NCBI GenBank assembly: GCA_052326545.1
Contig: JBKQML010000034.1
Span: forward strand, 1 to 36,580
Reading direction: 5' to 3'
Origin: Dehalococcoidales bacterium
Lineage (GTDB): Bacteria > Chloroflexota > Dehalococcoidia > Dehalococcoidales > Fen-1064
DNA: 36,580 nt
The first letter of the stretch is position 1. Each line of letters begins with the position of its first letter. The notes beneath the pieces were generated by a model. It searched no databases and was not told the DNA's origin. It saw only the letters and a list, made by a program, of their open reading frames with translations. The position numbers were made by a program, and so were the translations under genes. Positions 1 through 8,725 of this stretch are shown one piece after another.

Positions 1-337
1 CCCAGATTTCCTGTTTCTGCTGCGGGAATTGCACTCCCATACCGGCATTCAACCCGGCCGTGTTGACTAAAATATCAATCTGTCCGAATTCTTTCAACGC
101 TGCCTTTGCCATTTCTTCAACTTCGGCATAATTAGTCACATTTACTTTAACCGCAATTGCCTTACGCCCGAGCGCTTTCACGGCTTCGGCCGTCTTGATT
201 GCCCCTTCCATATCCATATCCGCCGAAACGATATCGCAGCCTTCTTTCGCCAGCGTCAGACAGATTGTTCTTCCCATCCCCACCTGGCTGGCGGTTCCGG
301 TCACCACCGCTACTTTGCCTTTAAGCCCTAAATCCAT
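1..337 (-). CDS. SDR-family oxidoreductase (FabG-like), N-terminal part only; gene runs off the left edge of the window
   Basis: Reverse translation from ATG (cat at 335-337) gives MDLGLKGKVAVVTGTASQVGMGRTICLTLAKEG...ILVNTAG. This has a Rossmann TGxxxxxGxG N-terminus and an NTAG motif typical of classical short-chain dehydrogenases. The frame stays open to base 1. Confidence 0.8.
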   Translation of the reverse strand, partial: MDLGLKGKVAVVTGTASQVGMGRTICLTLAKEGCDIVSADMDMEGAIKTAEAVKALGRKAIAVKVNVTNYAEVEEMAKAALKEFGQIDILVNTAGLNAGMGVQFPQQKQEIW

Positions 338-371
338 TATGTTCTCCCTTAATTTTATTGTGTTGTTTAAA

Positions 372-397
372 TTATCACCGCCTTGGGGTCGTGATAA
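372..397 (-). terminator. weak hairpin between the AOR stop and the SDR start (possible attenuating or terminating stem)
   Basis: ttatcac (372-378) pairs with gtgataa (391-397), a 7 bp stem with a 12 nt loop and T/A-rich flanks on both strands. The stem is short and AT-rich. Confidence 0.3.
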
Positions 398-433
398 TTT
401 TATTTGATCTACATAACCTATTTTATCATGTTT

Positions 434-2242
434 CTACGGCCACAAATCTTTCGCGACATCATCAAGACCGAGAGCCAGCAATTTTGCTTTACTGGGCTTG
501 GTGGTGAAACGGTCCCAATCCAGCGAGCCGAGTCCCCAGTAAATCTGAGCTTCAATATCGGCGGTAGAACCTTTCAGCGGGCCGGCTTCCTGGGGTGGTT
601 TTCCCACAATCCGCGGGTGCGGCGTCCAGTTCAGTTCGCAGATTCCCTCACGCAGATTAAACGCATGTCTGATATTGGCAGTTCTCTCTCCCGCCAGGAG
701 CATATCGTCCATGGTATAATTCCAGCCGGTGACGGCATTCAAAAAGCCCAACATTCTGTCCTTGCTGCCGGACCAACCGCCCTGGAAACACATCCCGGTC
801 AAATTAACACAATGCCTGAAAATAACGAATGAGCCAAAACTGAGCATATGGCGTCCCGGCGTAGCATCCATCTGGTAACGGGCCGCCGACATCGGGTAGC
901 CGTTGCCGCGCGGCAGCCTGGGGTCATGCATCCCGGGTTCCTGACCGCCGACATGGACAGCGTATTTGTCCGCACCTTTACCGATCTTCTCGGCCGCTTT
1001 CTTCACGCCATCCGCCAGAATATCGCCCAGCCCTTCTCTTTTCGCCACTTTTTCGGTCATGGCCACTATTGCCTGATGATTACCCCATTTGAGGGCGATA
1101 CCCCCGGTATCTTCCTGAGTTACGATTCCATTTTCATATAATTCCATCGCAAAAGCGATAACACTGCCGCCGGAAATCGTATCCAGTCCTGCCCGGTTAC
1201 AGATGTCGTTCGCCATCGAAATCGATTCGGTATGGCTGTTCAGGCAATTCGAACCGAAAGCGGCCGCCGTCTCATATTCCGGTCGGTGGCAGCCGGCGGC
1301 ATATTTGTACTCTCCCTCACCGGCCTTCAATACCGCTTTACAGGCGACCGGGCAGTGCCAGCAGGAGTGGCCTTTCTCCACCCGGGCTAAGAATTTATCC
1401 TGGTGCACACCTTCACGGTCGGGAAAATCAATCACACCGATGCCGCCCCAGTTCTTCACCGGACTGTCGCCGCTGTGCGCAGAGGTATAGTTACTGCTGC
1501 TGGTGCCGTACTTACGCTGCCCTTCGATTTCAGACATGCCGTTTGGACGAATAGTTTGCCAGACTTTCATTTGCTCGATTCTAATCCGGGCAATAGCCTC
1601 CTTATCAACAATCGGCACTTCTATGTTACCGCGGACGACAATTGCCTTGAGCTTTTTTGAACCCATTACCGCGCCCAGTCCCGACCGCGCGGCGGCGCTG
1701 CCGTGGTCAGTCATGATACTCGCGATTAACGCTATTTTTTCTCCCGACGGCCCGATGCAGGCCACGCGCGATTGGTTGCCGTATTCGGCCATCAAAGTGT
1801 CTTCCGTCTCGTAGGTATCTTTGCCCCACAGCGCTCCCGCGTCTTTTATCTCCGCCCGGCCGTTATCCACCAGTAAATAAACCGGTTTCGGCGAAATCCT
1901 GGTGAAGAACACTGCATCGAAACCGGCAAATTTGAGATAGGAACCGAAATATCCGCCGGAATTGGCATCTCCCCAGCCTCCGGTGAGCGGTGATTTGGCC
2001 ACGACCATGTACCGTGTGCCGGTAGGTACACCGGTGCCGGTCAGCGGACCGGTAATAAAGCCGAGAGTATTTTCCGGTCCTAACGGGTCAACGCCGGCTT
2101 TCTGCCGACTGTACAAGATTCTGGCGCCGATGCCGTAGCAGCCCAGGAAATCCCGACACATTTTTTCATCAAGGGGTTCTTCTTTGATTTCGCCGGTAGA
2201 AAGGTCGACAAACAGGATTTTCCCCAAATATCCGCCAGTCAT
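434..2242 (-). CDS. aor: tungsten-type aldehyde:ferredoxin oxidoreductase (AOR family)
   Basis: 602-aa ORF. The N-terminus MTGGYLGKILFVDLSTGEI..., the overall length and the internal CWHCPVAC Fe-S Cys motif are characteristic of AOR-family enzymes. A GGAGGGAG ribosome-binding site lies just upstream of the ATG at 2242. The stop codon is TAG (434-436). Confidence 0.93.
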   Translation of the reverse strand: MTGGYLGKILFVDLSTGEIKEEPLDEKMCRDFLGCYGIGARILYSRQKAGVDPLGPENTLGFITGPLTGTGVPTGTRYMVVAKSPLTGGWGDANSGGYFGSYLKFAGFDAVFFTRISPKPVYLLVDNGRAEIKDAGALWGKDTYETEDTLMAEYGNQSRVACIGPSGEKIALIASIMTDHGSAAARSGLGAVMGSKKLKAIVVRGNIEVPIVDKEAIARIRIEQMKVWQTIRPNGMSEIEGQRKYGTSSSNYTSAHSGDSPVKNWGGIGVIDFPDREGVHQDKFLARVEKGHSCWHCPVACKAVLKAGEGEYKYAAGCHRPEYETAAAFGSNCLNSHTESISMANDICNRAGLDTISGGSVIAFAMELYENGIVTQEDTGGIALKWGNHQAIVAMTEKVAKREGLGDILADGVKKAAEKIGKGADKYAVHVGGQEPGMHDPRLPRGNGYPMSAARYQMDATPGRHMLSFGSFVIFRHCVNLTGMCFQGGWSGSKDRMLGFLNAVTGWNYTMDDMLLAGERTANIRHAFNLREGICELNWTPHPRIVGKPPQEAGPLKGSTADIEAQIYWGLGSLDWDRFTTKPSKAKLLALGLDDVAKDLWP

Positions 2243-2430
2243 TTTTCTCCCTCCGCATGGTTAATTTACCACTATCATAGCAGAGTCATAAACGGATACC
2301 AAGTATGGTGGAATAGTTTTTATTTCCAGGCAGATGCGGCGGATTATGCGGTCCGGGGAAACGCGGTGAATCAGCGGGAAGAAGAATAATCGGTGGGGGA
2401 TAGATATAAGGATAACTTTTGATTTAACTG

Positions 2431-2461
2431 AAAATCAAAAAGGTATCGCATTGCTATACCT
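2431..2461 (-). terminator. rho-independent-like terminator downstream of the DUF1801 gene
   Basis: On the minus strand, aggtat-agcaatgc-gatacct (2441-2461) is followed by a T run (the plus-strand A run ending at 2440). It lies about 60 nt after the stop at 2524. Confidence 0.45.
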
Positions 2462-2523
2462 ATGGCTGGATAGTATCGTGGTGTTTGCCCAATGATAAAT
2501 ACATTCCGAAATATCAGATTAAA

Positions 2524-2949
2524 TTATTTCGCCGGTTTCTTTGGTTCGCTGCCCCTTGTCGCGGGAGCTTTACCGGCGGTTTTCACTTTAGCGCGGTTTT
2601 CCGCCACCGCTGCCCGGATGAGGGCTTTCAGGGCGGCTTCGTTGACGGTATCGCCCCGGTGAAAATCAATCGTCCGCCATTGTTTGCCTTCGAGCCCGTT
2701 ATTGAAAAGATTGTTTGGGTCCGGCAGATCGGCTCCCCGGTAAAAAATCAGCTTTACCTTGTCTTTGAAGGCATTGGCGACACAGATGATGCCGTCGTGG
2801 GACCAGACGGCAGCGCCACGCCATTTCACTTCTTCGACGATATTCGGGTCAGTTTCGCGGATAATCCGTCGTATATTGGCAATCGTATCACCCCGCCAAT
2901 CCCCAGGATCCGTAATAAAATTGTCGATAAGCGCATTGACTTTTACCAT
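2524..2949 (-). CDS. DUF1801 (YdhG-like) domain protein
   Basis: The ORF-track frame 2524..3084 was trimmed to the ATG at 2949 (MVKVNALIDNFITDPGDWRGDTIANIRRIIRETDP...EEVKWRGAAVWSHDG). This ATG is preceded by a GGGGGGAGGG ribosome-binding site. The sequence resembles the YdhG/DUF1801 family and has a basic C-terminal tail. Confidence 0.75.
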   Translation of the reverse strand: MVKVNALIDNFITDPGDWRGDTIANIRRIIRETDPNIVEEVKWRGAAVWSHDGIICVANAFKDKVKLIFYRGADLPDPNNLFNNGLEGKQWRTIDFHRGDTVNEAALKALIRAAVAENRAKVKTAGKAPATRGSEPKKPAK

Positions 2950-3036
2950 GTTACCCTCCCCCCAACAGAGTGCTGATATGTAAATAAATCCCTTTGTATG
3001 AGGCTGCCCTATAATGGGTTGTTGAAGTGATTTTAT

Positions 3037-3140
3037 GGATTCCCGATCAGGTCGGGAATGACAAGCTGGCAATAATAGCTTCAAGCAGAGCTTGGAGCTA
3101 TTATATTTTTCATTGTCATTGTCGGGCTTGACCAGACAAT
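3037..3140. repeat. cluster of three short hairpin (REP/MITE-like) elements between the GRE stop and the DUF1801 start
   Basis: Element 1: 3037-3062, ggATTCCCGAtcaggTCGGGAATgac, a perfect 8 bp stem. Element 2: 3072-3104, ataatagcttcaag/cttggagctattat, a 14 bp stem with 1 mismatch, followed by TTTTT on the plus strand. Element 3: 3118-3140, attgtcggg/ccagacaat, whose reverse complement reads TGGATTGTCTGG...CCCGACAATGACAA. Confidence 0.7.
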
Positions 3141-3197
3141 CCAGAAGATTTCACACATCCTCCGTTTAAGCCTCTCCCATCATATAATATCCGGCTG

Positions 3198-5690
3198 CTA
3201 CCAGCCCTGCTGCTCGGTGCGGTTGATGATATCCATTTGCTGCTCGGCGGTAAGGTCGACGAAATAGACCGTGAAGCTGGCCACCCGGACCATCAAATCG
3301 CGGTAGTTTTCCGGCTCTTTCATCGCTTTACGCAAAGATTCGCTCGATATTATGTTAAATTGAATATGATAAATTCCTTCATCTTCGATGGCCCGGAGGA
3401 ACGACATCAGATTATTCACATCCCGCTCCGTCGCGACCAGTTGCGGGCTCAGCCTCAAATTCAGCGGCCCGCCCAGCGCAAACCGCTGCGTGGGCAATTT
3501 ACTGGCCGATTTAATCACCGCCGTCGGGCCGTTTTTATCCATCCCCTGCACCGGTGACATCGTATCCGCCAGAGGAGTCGGATAGATATGGCCGTTCGGC
3601 AAACTGCCGACATTGTGCCCGTAAGCCACCGTATTCGAACCGGTGGTCATCGCGCCGACCCATCTGCCGCCCCATTTCGGCAGCAGTTCTTTCTGCGTGT
3701 TAATCCAATCCAGCGCGTCGTACCAGGTATCCATCACGAAAGCCGCCCATTCGTCGGCGTAATCGTCGTCGTTGCCGTACTTGGCCACGCCGTTAATGCA
3801 CAGCTGGCGCAGGTTGTCATGGCCTTTCCAATTGTCTTTGAGAGCCTGAGTTAATTCATCCCAGGTTACTTTCTTTTCCCGGTAAATCAGGCGGTCGATG
3901 ACGCCCAGTGAATCGGCGGTATCGGCCAGGCCGGCCAGAAACGCGCCGTAAGTGGTGAACCACGAACCGCCCTGGGTGATATCGATGCCTTTCTGCAGCG
4001 GCCCTTCGGACAGGGAGGAACTGAAAGGCGCCGGATAGAAAGCCGACTGCGTTTCTTTGGGGATTTTCTGTCCCTGCGCCAGGTGCTTCATCCAGTAAAA
4101 TACCTGGTCGCGGAAAGCCTGCCGGACGCCGTCCATCGATTCAAAAGTCCGCGGGTCGCCGGTGACCGGCCCGATCTGTTTGCCGCAGATGGTGCATTTA
4201 CCGTTGGAGATTACCAGTTCCATGATTTTGGCCACGACATTGACGCCCTCGAACAGGTTGCCCATGGTGATATGCGGCAGGTTGGTCTCGGTGCAGCCTA
4301 ATAACGAATATTCGCGCCAATCTTCAATCGAAAGTTCGGGATAGCCTTTGGCCAGCAGCTGGACGCCTTTCTTGTCGCCGAAGAATTTCGGTTTACCGCG
4401 GCCCAGCCGGACGAGTTCCACCGCTTTCCGCAGGTATTTATCCGGGGTGCCGGACCAGATGCGCATGCCGGTTTCGGGCAGCAGGATGCCGAGTTCCTCG
4501 TCACATTCCAGACAAAGAGTGGTAACATCGTTACAGGCATCTTTACCCTCGCGGGTCTGCCCGCCGATGGTCAGGTTGTTACCCAGGCCCATCCCGGTCA
4601 GGATTTTGACCGAATCCCAGCTGCGCAGGCCGGTACAGTTGGTGTGAATCCAGAAACATTCCAGCAATTCCAGGGCTTCATCGTGGGTCATGGTCTTATC
4701 GTCGAGCACGGATTTTTTGTAATAAGGATACATGTACTGGTCGAAGCGACCAAAACAGTGTACGCTGGCGGAAAGCTCGCAGGTAATCAGCACATGCATC
4801 ATCCAGACGGACTGCACGGCTTCCCACCAGTCACGGGCGGGATTGACCGGCACCTGCGCACAGACTGCCCCGATGCGCTCCAGTTCTTTCTTCCTCTGAG
4901 GATTGGTTTCGCCGGCTGCTTTTTGTTTCGCCAGGTCGGCATAACGCTGGGCATAAGCGATGGCGGCATCGAGGGTAATCAGCACCGCTTTGTAAAAATC
5001 TTTCTTTTCCTGTACGCTGTAATGGTCGTACGGCTGGTCGACCTGAGCCAGGTAATGTTCGACCTCGGCGCGGATGCCTTTCAGTCCGATTCTGAGGACT
5101 TTTTCATAATTGGCCATCTGGTGGCCGACATCCCCGAACATCTGCCAGTCGGCGATATCCGGGATATGGGGGCAGGCAGAAGTGGAGGGGTAAGCCTTTT
5201 CCTTGCTGATTTCGTCCACTTTTTCCAGGCAATAATCGAAGAGCAGTTTCTTGTTCTTGTAATAAGGGATAATCACTTCCCGGATTTCTTTGCGTTCCTC
5301 GGGCCGGATGATATGCCGGTCGAAAGCGCGTGTTTGCGGGTCCATCACCGGGTCGTCCATTTCTTTTTCCAGCCAGCGGGTGGTCGAGCCTTCAATCGTC
5401 GAGCCGCGGACCTTGCTGTTGATGTTGCCGACAATCAGTTCGTCATCGCCGATAAAAACCGTTTTATCTTTCAGATAAGTCTGATAAAAATAGGCGCGCT
5501 GCAGGATACGCGGTTCTTTATCGTATTTATCGCCCAGTTTCATCTCGGTGCGGACGCGTTCCAGGCAGATTTCCGGTGTGCGGATGGCATTCTGACGCAG
5601 CCGCTTGACACGCTCCGTGGTTTTCGGCACGAACAGTTCCTGCCAGCTGCCGACTGATTTTGCATTTTTTTCATTCGCTATGATTGTCAT
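3198..5690 (-). CDS. glycyl radical enzyme superfamily homologue (PFL2 / glycerol-dehydratase-like), with an atypical C-terminal fingerprint
   Basis: The ORF-track frame 3198..5708 was trimmed to the ATG at 5690, which is preceded by GGGAGG. The N-terminus (ERVKRLRQNAIRTPEICLERV...DELIVGN) and the Cys loop LLGCTETN fit GRE enzymes. The C-terminus PENYRDLMVRVASFTVYFVDLTAEQQMDIINRT is collinear with the GRE RVxG[YF] region, but Ser replaces Gly. The stop codon is TAG. Confidence 0.9.
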   Translation of the reverse strand: MTIIANEKNAKSVGSWQELFVPKTTERVKRLRQNAIRTPEICLERVRTEMKLGDKYDKEPRILQRAYFYQTYLKDKTVFIGDDELIVGNINSKVRGSTIEGSTTRWLEKEMDDPVMDPQTRAFDRHIIRPEERKEIREVIIPYYKNKKLLFDYCLEKVDEISKEKAYPSTSACPHIPDIADWQMFGDVGHQMANYEKVLRIGLKGIRAEVEHYLAQVDQPYDHYSVQEKKDFYKAVLITLDAAIAYAQRYADLAKQKAAGETNPQRKKELERIGAVCAQVPVNPARDWWEAVQSVWMMHVLITCELSASVHCFGRFDQYMYPYYKKSVLDDKTMTHDEALELLECFWIHTNCTGLRSWDSVKILTGMGLGNNLTIGGQTREGKDACNDVTTLCLECDEELGILLPETGMRIWSGTPDKYLRKAVELVRLGRGKPKFFGDKKGVQLLAKGYPELSIEDWREYSLLGCTETNLPHITMGNLFEGVNVVAKIMELVISNGKCTICGKQIGPVTGDPRTFESMDGVRQAFRDQVFYWMKHLAQGQKIPKETQSAFYPAPFSSSLSEGPLQKGIDITQGGSWFTTYGAFLAGLADTADSLGVIDRLIYREKKVTWDELTQALKDNWKGHDNLRQLCINGVAKYGNDDDYADEWAAFVMDTWYDALDWINTQKELLPKWGGRWVGAMTTGSNTVAYGHNVGSLPNGHIYPTPLADTMSPVQGMDKNGPTAVIKSASKLPTQRFALGGPLNLRLSPQLVATERDVNNLMSFLRAIEDEGIYHIQFNIISSESLRKAMKEPENYRDLMVRVASFTVYFVDLTAEQQMDIINRTEQQGW

Positions 5691-5920
5691 TTCGGGCCTC
5701 CCTTTCACTTAAAAAGCTCTGAAAAAGCATATAAATTATTAACTCGAACTTGTATACGGGCCTTACCTATATTCTAGCTTAGATGATGACAGATTGGCAC
5801 TGACCGGACAATGACATTTGTTACACTTCTTTCACCGTCACAGGAACATACTTCAGGATTCATATTGAGTACTCTCCAGCTGATTGAAATTGATATTTTC
5901 GCTATGATAAACTACAGGGC

Positions 5921-6148
5921 ATGAAGACAGTTGACTTTATCGCCATCGTAGTGGGAGTTACGATTTCTCTCTATTCTATCGCGGGATGGTGGTGTTACCT
6001 TACCAACGGGCCGGACATATCCATTGTTATTCCAAGAGCCCCTGAGGCTGAGAATCTTCACCTTATTTACTGGGCAGTTACCACCGTGATCGGATTCCTT
6101 TTGAGTTATTTCAGTTTTAACGATCTGCTGAAAAGGAACAGACAGTAA
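5921..6148 (+). CDS. hypothetical small membrane protein (two predicted TM helices)
   Basis: 75-aa ORF with two hydrophobic stretches (FIAIVVGVTISLYSIAGWW and LIYWAVTTVIGFLLSYF). The ribosome-binding site is weak and I recognised no homology. Confidence 0.3.
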   Translation: MKTVDFIAIVVGVTISLYSIAGWWCYLTNGPDISIVIPRAPEAENLHLIYWAVTTVIGFLLSYFSFNDLLKRNRQ

Positions 6149-6348
6149 CTGTCGGCAGCTGTCAGCGATGTCTCATTTCCGTGGCCATCTTTTTTATCAC
6201 CGGTTCACGATACGCGAATTCAACCGGTTCTCACCCTGATTCTTGACAGTCGTCAGAACAAGGGTATACCATCACATAAATATGTAATAATATTTCGTAC
6301 GGATATTACTTTTGAATCAGAGAAATTTTTATCGATTTGTAAGGAGCG

Positions 6349-8046
6349 ATGATGGAAAAGAAAACCAAAAACTGGTGGGATAAACTCGGCGAGCCGCAAT
6401 ACGGCGACGGAATGGTCATCCGCGTGGAACGCGATATTGTAAACTTCGACCCCTATTTTACGGAGGGGCTGACCGGCATCTATGGGGCGTGGCTGGAAAG
6501 GCTGGTCTGCGACGACTGGACGATGGACCCGGCGGAATGGAACTACCAGCTGGCCTGGCATCCGGCCAAATACCAGAAAGGCAACCTAGCGGAAAGCCTG
6601 GAATTTCCAGACACGGCGACGCATGTCGTGCACCTGCGGAAAGGAATCCATTACCCCAACCTCCCGCCTTCCAACGGCCGGGAATTTACCTCTGACGACG
6701 TAATGTTTCATTACCACCGGATTTACGGACTGGGCGGCGGCTTTACTAAACCCAGCCCTTACCGCGATACCGACCCCCGGTTCAAGGATTTGATCTCGAT
6801 TGACGCCCCGGATAAATATACGATTGTCTTTAAATTCAAGACACCGAATCCCGATTTCATCATGGAGACGCTGCACAATGTCAGCCTGGCGCAATGTCTG
6901 GAAAATTACGACGTGGTCCGGAAATACGGCGACATGCGGGACTGGCACCATGCCCTCGGCACCGGGCCGTTCCTGCTCCTGGATTTCGTGCCCGGCAACT
7001 CCGCCACGATGGTGAAAAATCCGGAATACTGGGGACACGACGAACGGCACCCGCAGAATCAGATTCCGTATATCGACAAGCTGAAAATCGCCATCATCCC
7101 GAACGAGACGGAGGCCGTGGCGGCGATGGCTGCCGGTAAAATCGACTGCATGAACCAGATTTCTTATAAAGGGGCGCGCGCGTTACAGAAAACTAACCCG
7201 GAAATCATCCAAATCAGGACGCCCGGAGCGCCGGCGCTTTCCATCCAGCCGCGCAACGACAAACCGCCTTATAACGACCTCAGGGTACGCAAGGCATTAC
7301 AGCTGGCCATCGACCTGCCGACCATCGCCAGTACCTATTTTGAAGGCGCGGTGGACCCGGAACCTTCCAACCTGACCGCCAGCAAGTACATGATGAACTG
7401 GGGTTTCCCCTATACTGACTGGCCGCAGGAACTGAAAGACGAATATGCCTATAACCCAACGGAGGCAAAACGGCTGTTGGCGGAGGCCGGATATCCGCAC
7501 GGCTTCAAGACCAACGTCGTCGTTTCGAACGACGCCAACATGGGGCTGCTGGAGATTGTCAAGTCTTACTTCGCCGCCGTCGGCATCGAGATGGAAGCGA
7601 GAGTTATGTCCATCCCCGACTGGGTAAAATTTGTGGAAATCGATAAAAAGCACGACCAGTTGATATACCGGCCGTACGGGCCTTTCGGGCATACCTATGC
7701 GCCGCTGCGGGCCATCACCCGCTTCCAGACCGGGTATTCCGCCAATCACATGATGGTCGCCGACCCGGTTTTTGACGCTTTCTACCCCAAAGCCCTGGCC
7801 GCCAAAAACGAGACGGAACTGCGGCAGGTCCTGCGGGACGCCAACGAGCGCGTTACCCGGCAGCATTACGCAGTATCGTTATTGCTGCCGTTGCAGTACT
7901 CGCTCTGCCAGCCGTGGCTGAAAGGTTTTCACGCCCAGGTCCATTCCATCTGGATGGGTTCCGGCGGGCCGAGCATGCTGGGCTTTTACGCCGCGCGGTT
8001 CTGGGTTGACCGGAAACTGAAAGAAAGGATTTTAGGAAAAAGGTGA
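6349..8046 (+). CDS. family-5 (DppA/OppA/NikA-type) solute-binding protein homologue without a signal peptide
   Basis: 565-aa ORF. AAGGAG at 6341-6346 favours the second ATG at 6352. An in-frame TAA at 6340-6342 excludes any N-terminal extension. The SBP_bac_5-like core starts about 20 aa in (GDGMVIRVERDIVNFDPY...), with typical family blocks (KGIHYPN..., VVFKFKTPNPDF, WGHDERHPQ..IPYIDKL). There is no hydrophobic leader and no lipobox. Confidence 0.85.
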   Translation: MMEKKTKNWWDKLGEPQYGDGMVIRVERDIVNFDPYFTEGLTGIYGAWLERLVCDDWTMDPAEWNYQLAWHPAKYQKGNLAESLEFPDTATHVVHLRKGIHYPNLPPSNGREFTSDDVMFHYHRIYGLGGGFTKPSPYRDTDPRFKDLISIDAPDKYTIVFKFKTPNPDFIMETLHNVSLAQCLENYDVVRKYGDMRDWHHALGTGPFLLLDFVPGNSATMVKNPEYWGHDERHPQNQIPYIDKLKIAIIPNETEAVAAMAAGKIDCMNQISYKGARALQKTNPEIIQIRTPGAPALSIQPRNDKPPYNDLRVRKALQLAIDLPTIASTYFEGAVDPEPSNLTASKYMMNWGFPYTDWPQELKDEYAYNPTEAKRLLAEAGYPHGFKTNVVVSNDANMGLLEIVKSYFAAVGIEMEARVMSIPDWVKFVEIDKKHDQLIYRPYGPFGHTYAPLRAITRFQTGYSANHMMVADPVFDAFYPKALAAKNETELRQVLRDANERVTRQHYAVSLLLPLQYSLCQPWLKGFHAQVHSIWMGSGGPSMLGFYAARFWVDRKLKERILGKR

Positions 8047-8064
8047 AAAACGACGGATATAATC

Positions 8065-8649
8065 GTGAGAATTGAAAAACCAAATGATTATCGCAGAGTT
8101 GAAGAAATCACGAGAGAGGCATTTTCTTATCCCGGAAGAATCGAACGCGGAGGAATTGGTTCTCCCTACGAGCATTGGATGGTTCATGAATTGCGTAAAC
8201 GTGATGGCATCAAGAAATTGAGTCTGGTGGCGGAAGCAGACGAACAATTGGTCGGTCATATTATTTGCAGCAATGCCCGCGTTGAAACACCTGACGGCAA
8301 AAACACCCTTGTGCTTAATTTTGGGCCAATCAGTGTATTGCCGCAATATCAGCATCAGGGTGTTGGGAAAGCCCTGATGCACTCGATGATTGATAAAGCC
8401 AAAGACATGGGATATGGTGCAATCATGTTTTTTGGACGTCCGGAATATTATCCGCAGTTTGGTTTTGTCGAGGCGGCCGATTACGGTGTAACAGACCATT
8501 ATGGGAAGAATTATCCGGCATTCATGGCCATGGAACTGACCAAAGAATACCTTGCTAATATGCGAGGCGGTAAATTCTTTGAATCGGATATCCTTGACGA
8601 TCGTAAAAATGGCGAAACCGTAAAAGAATTCGACAAATCATTCAGGTAA
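8065..8649 (+). CDS. GNAT-family N-acetyltransferase (YhbS-like)
   Basis: 194-aa ORF with a GTG start 18 nt after the solute-binding-protein stop. It carries the acetyl-CoA-binding signature VLPQYQHQGVGKALM (Q/RxxGxG/A) and a YhbS-like C-terminal extension. Confidence 0.8.
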   Translation: MRIEKPNDYRRVEEITREAFSYPGRIERGGIGSPYEHWMVHELRKRDGIKKLSLVAEADEQLVGHIICSNARVETPDGKNTLVLNFGPISVLPQYQHQGVGKALMHSMIDKAKDMGYGAIMFFGRPEYYPQFGFVEAADYGVTDHYGKNYPAFMAMELTKEYLANMRGGKFFESDILDDRKNGETVKEFDKSFR

Positions 8650-8725
8650 ATTGCAAAATACAGAGCGGTTAAATGTCCCGTAAAAAAATCCAATAATCAA
8701 CTATATGTTGGGACAGAGCCCTTTG

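Noticed and set aside
2950-3084. N-terminal extensions offered by the ORF track: 2524..3084, 3198..5708, 8726..9838, 12274.., 14004..15518, 19224.., 19983..20360 and 34578..35381.
   Set aside because: In each case an internal ATG is preceded at 5-9 nt by a strong AGGAGG-like ribosome-binding site and coincides with the start of the conserved domain or signal peptide. The extensions run through repeat or intergenic sequence. The 15458 start is the least certain.
4644-5657. 337-aa plus-strand ORF. Similar long antisense ORFs occur at 848-1814, 3237-3854, 6586-7050, 7297-7866, 8032-8499, 8921-9569, 23960-24807, 25517-25918, 26567-27313, 27920-28434, 29503-30002, 30347-30709, 31036-31395 and 33628-34558.
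   Set aside because: All lie entirely inside, and antisense or out of frame to, ORFs with clear family signatures. They have Arg/Pro/Gly/Ala-rich shadow-frame composition and no ribosome-binding sites. These are typical shadow ORFs of G+C-rich coding DNA.
6243-6271. Sigma70 promoter for the solute-binding-protein gene (perfect TTGACA at 6243-6248).
   Set aside because: The best -10 at 16-17 nt spacing is TATACC/ATACCA and lacks the invariant final T. It is too weak to list as a feature without TSS data.
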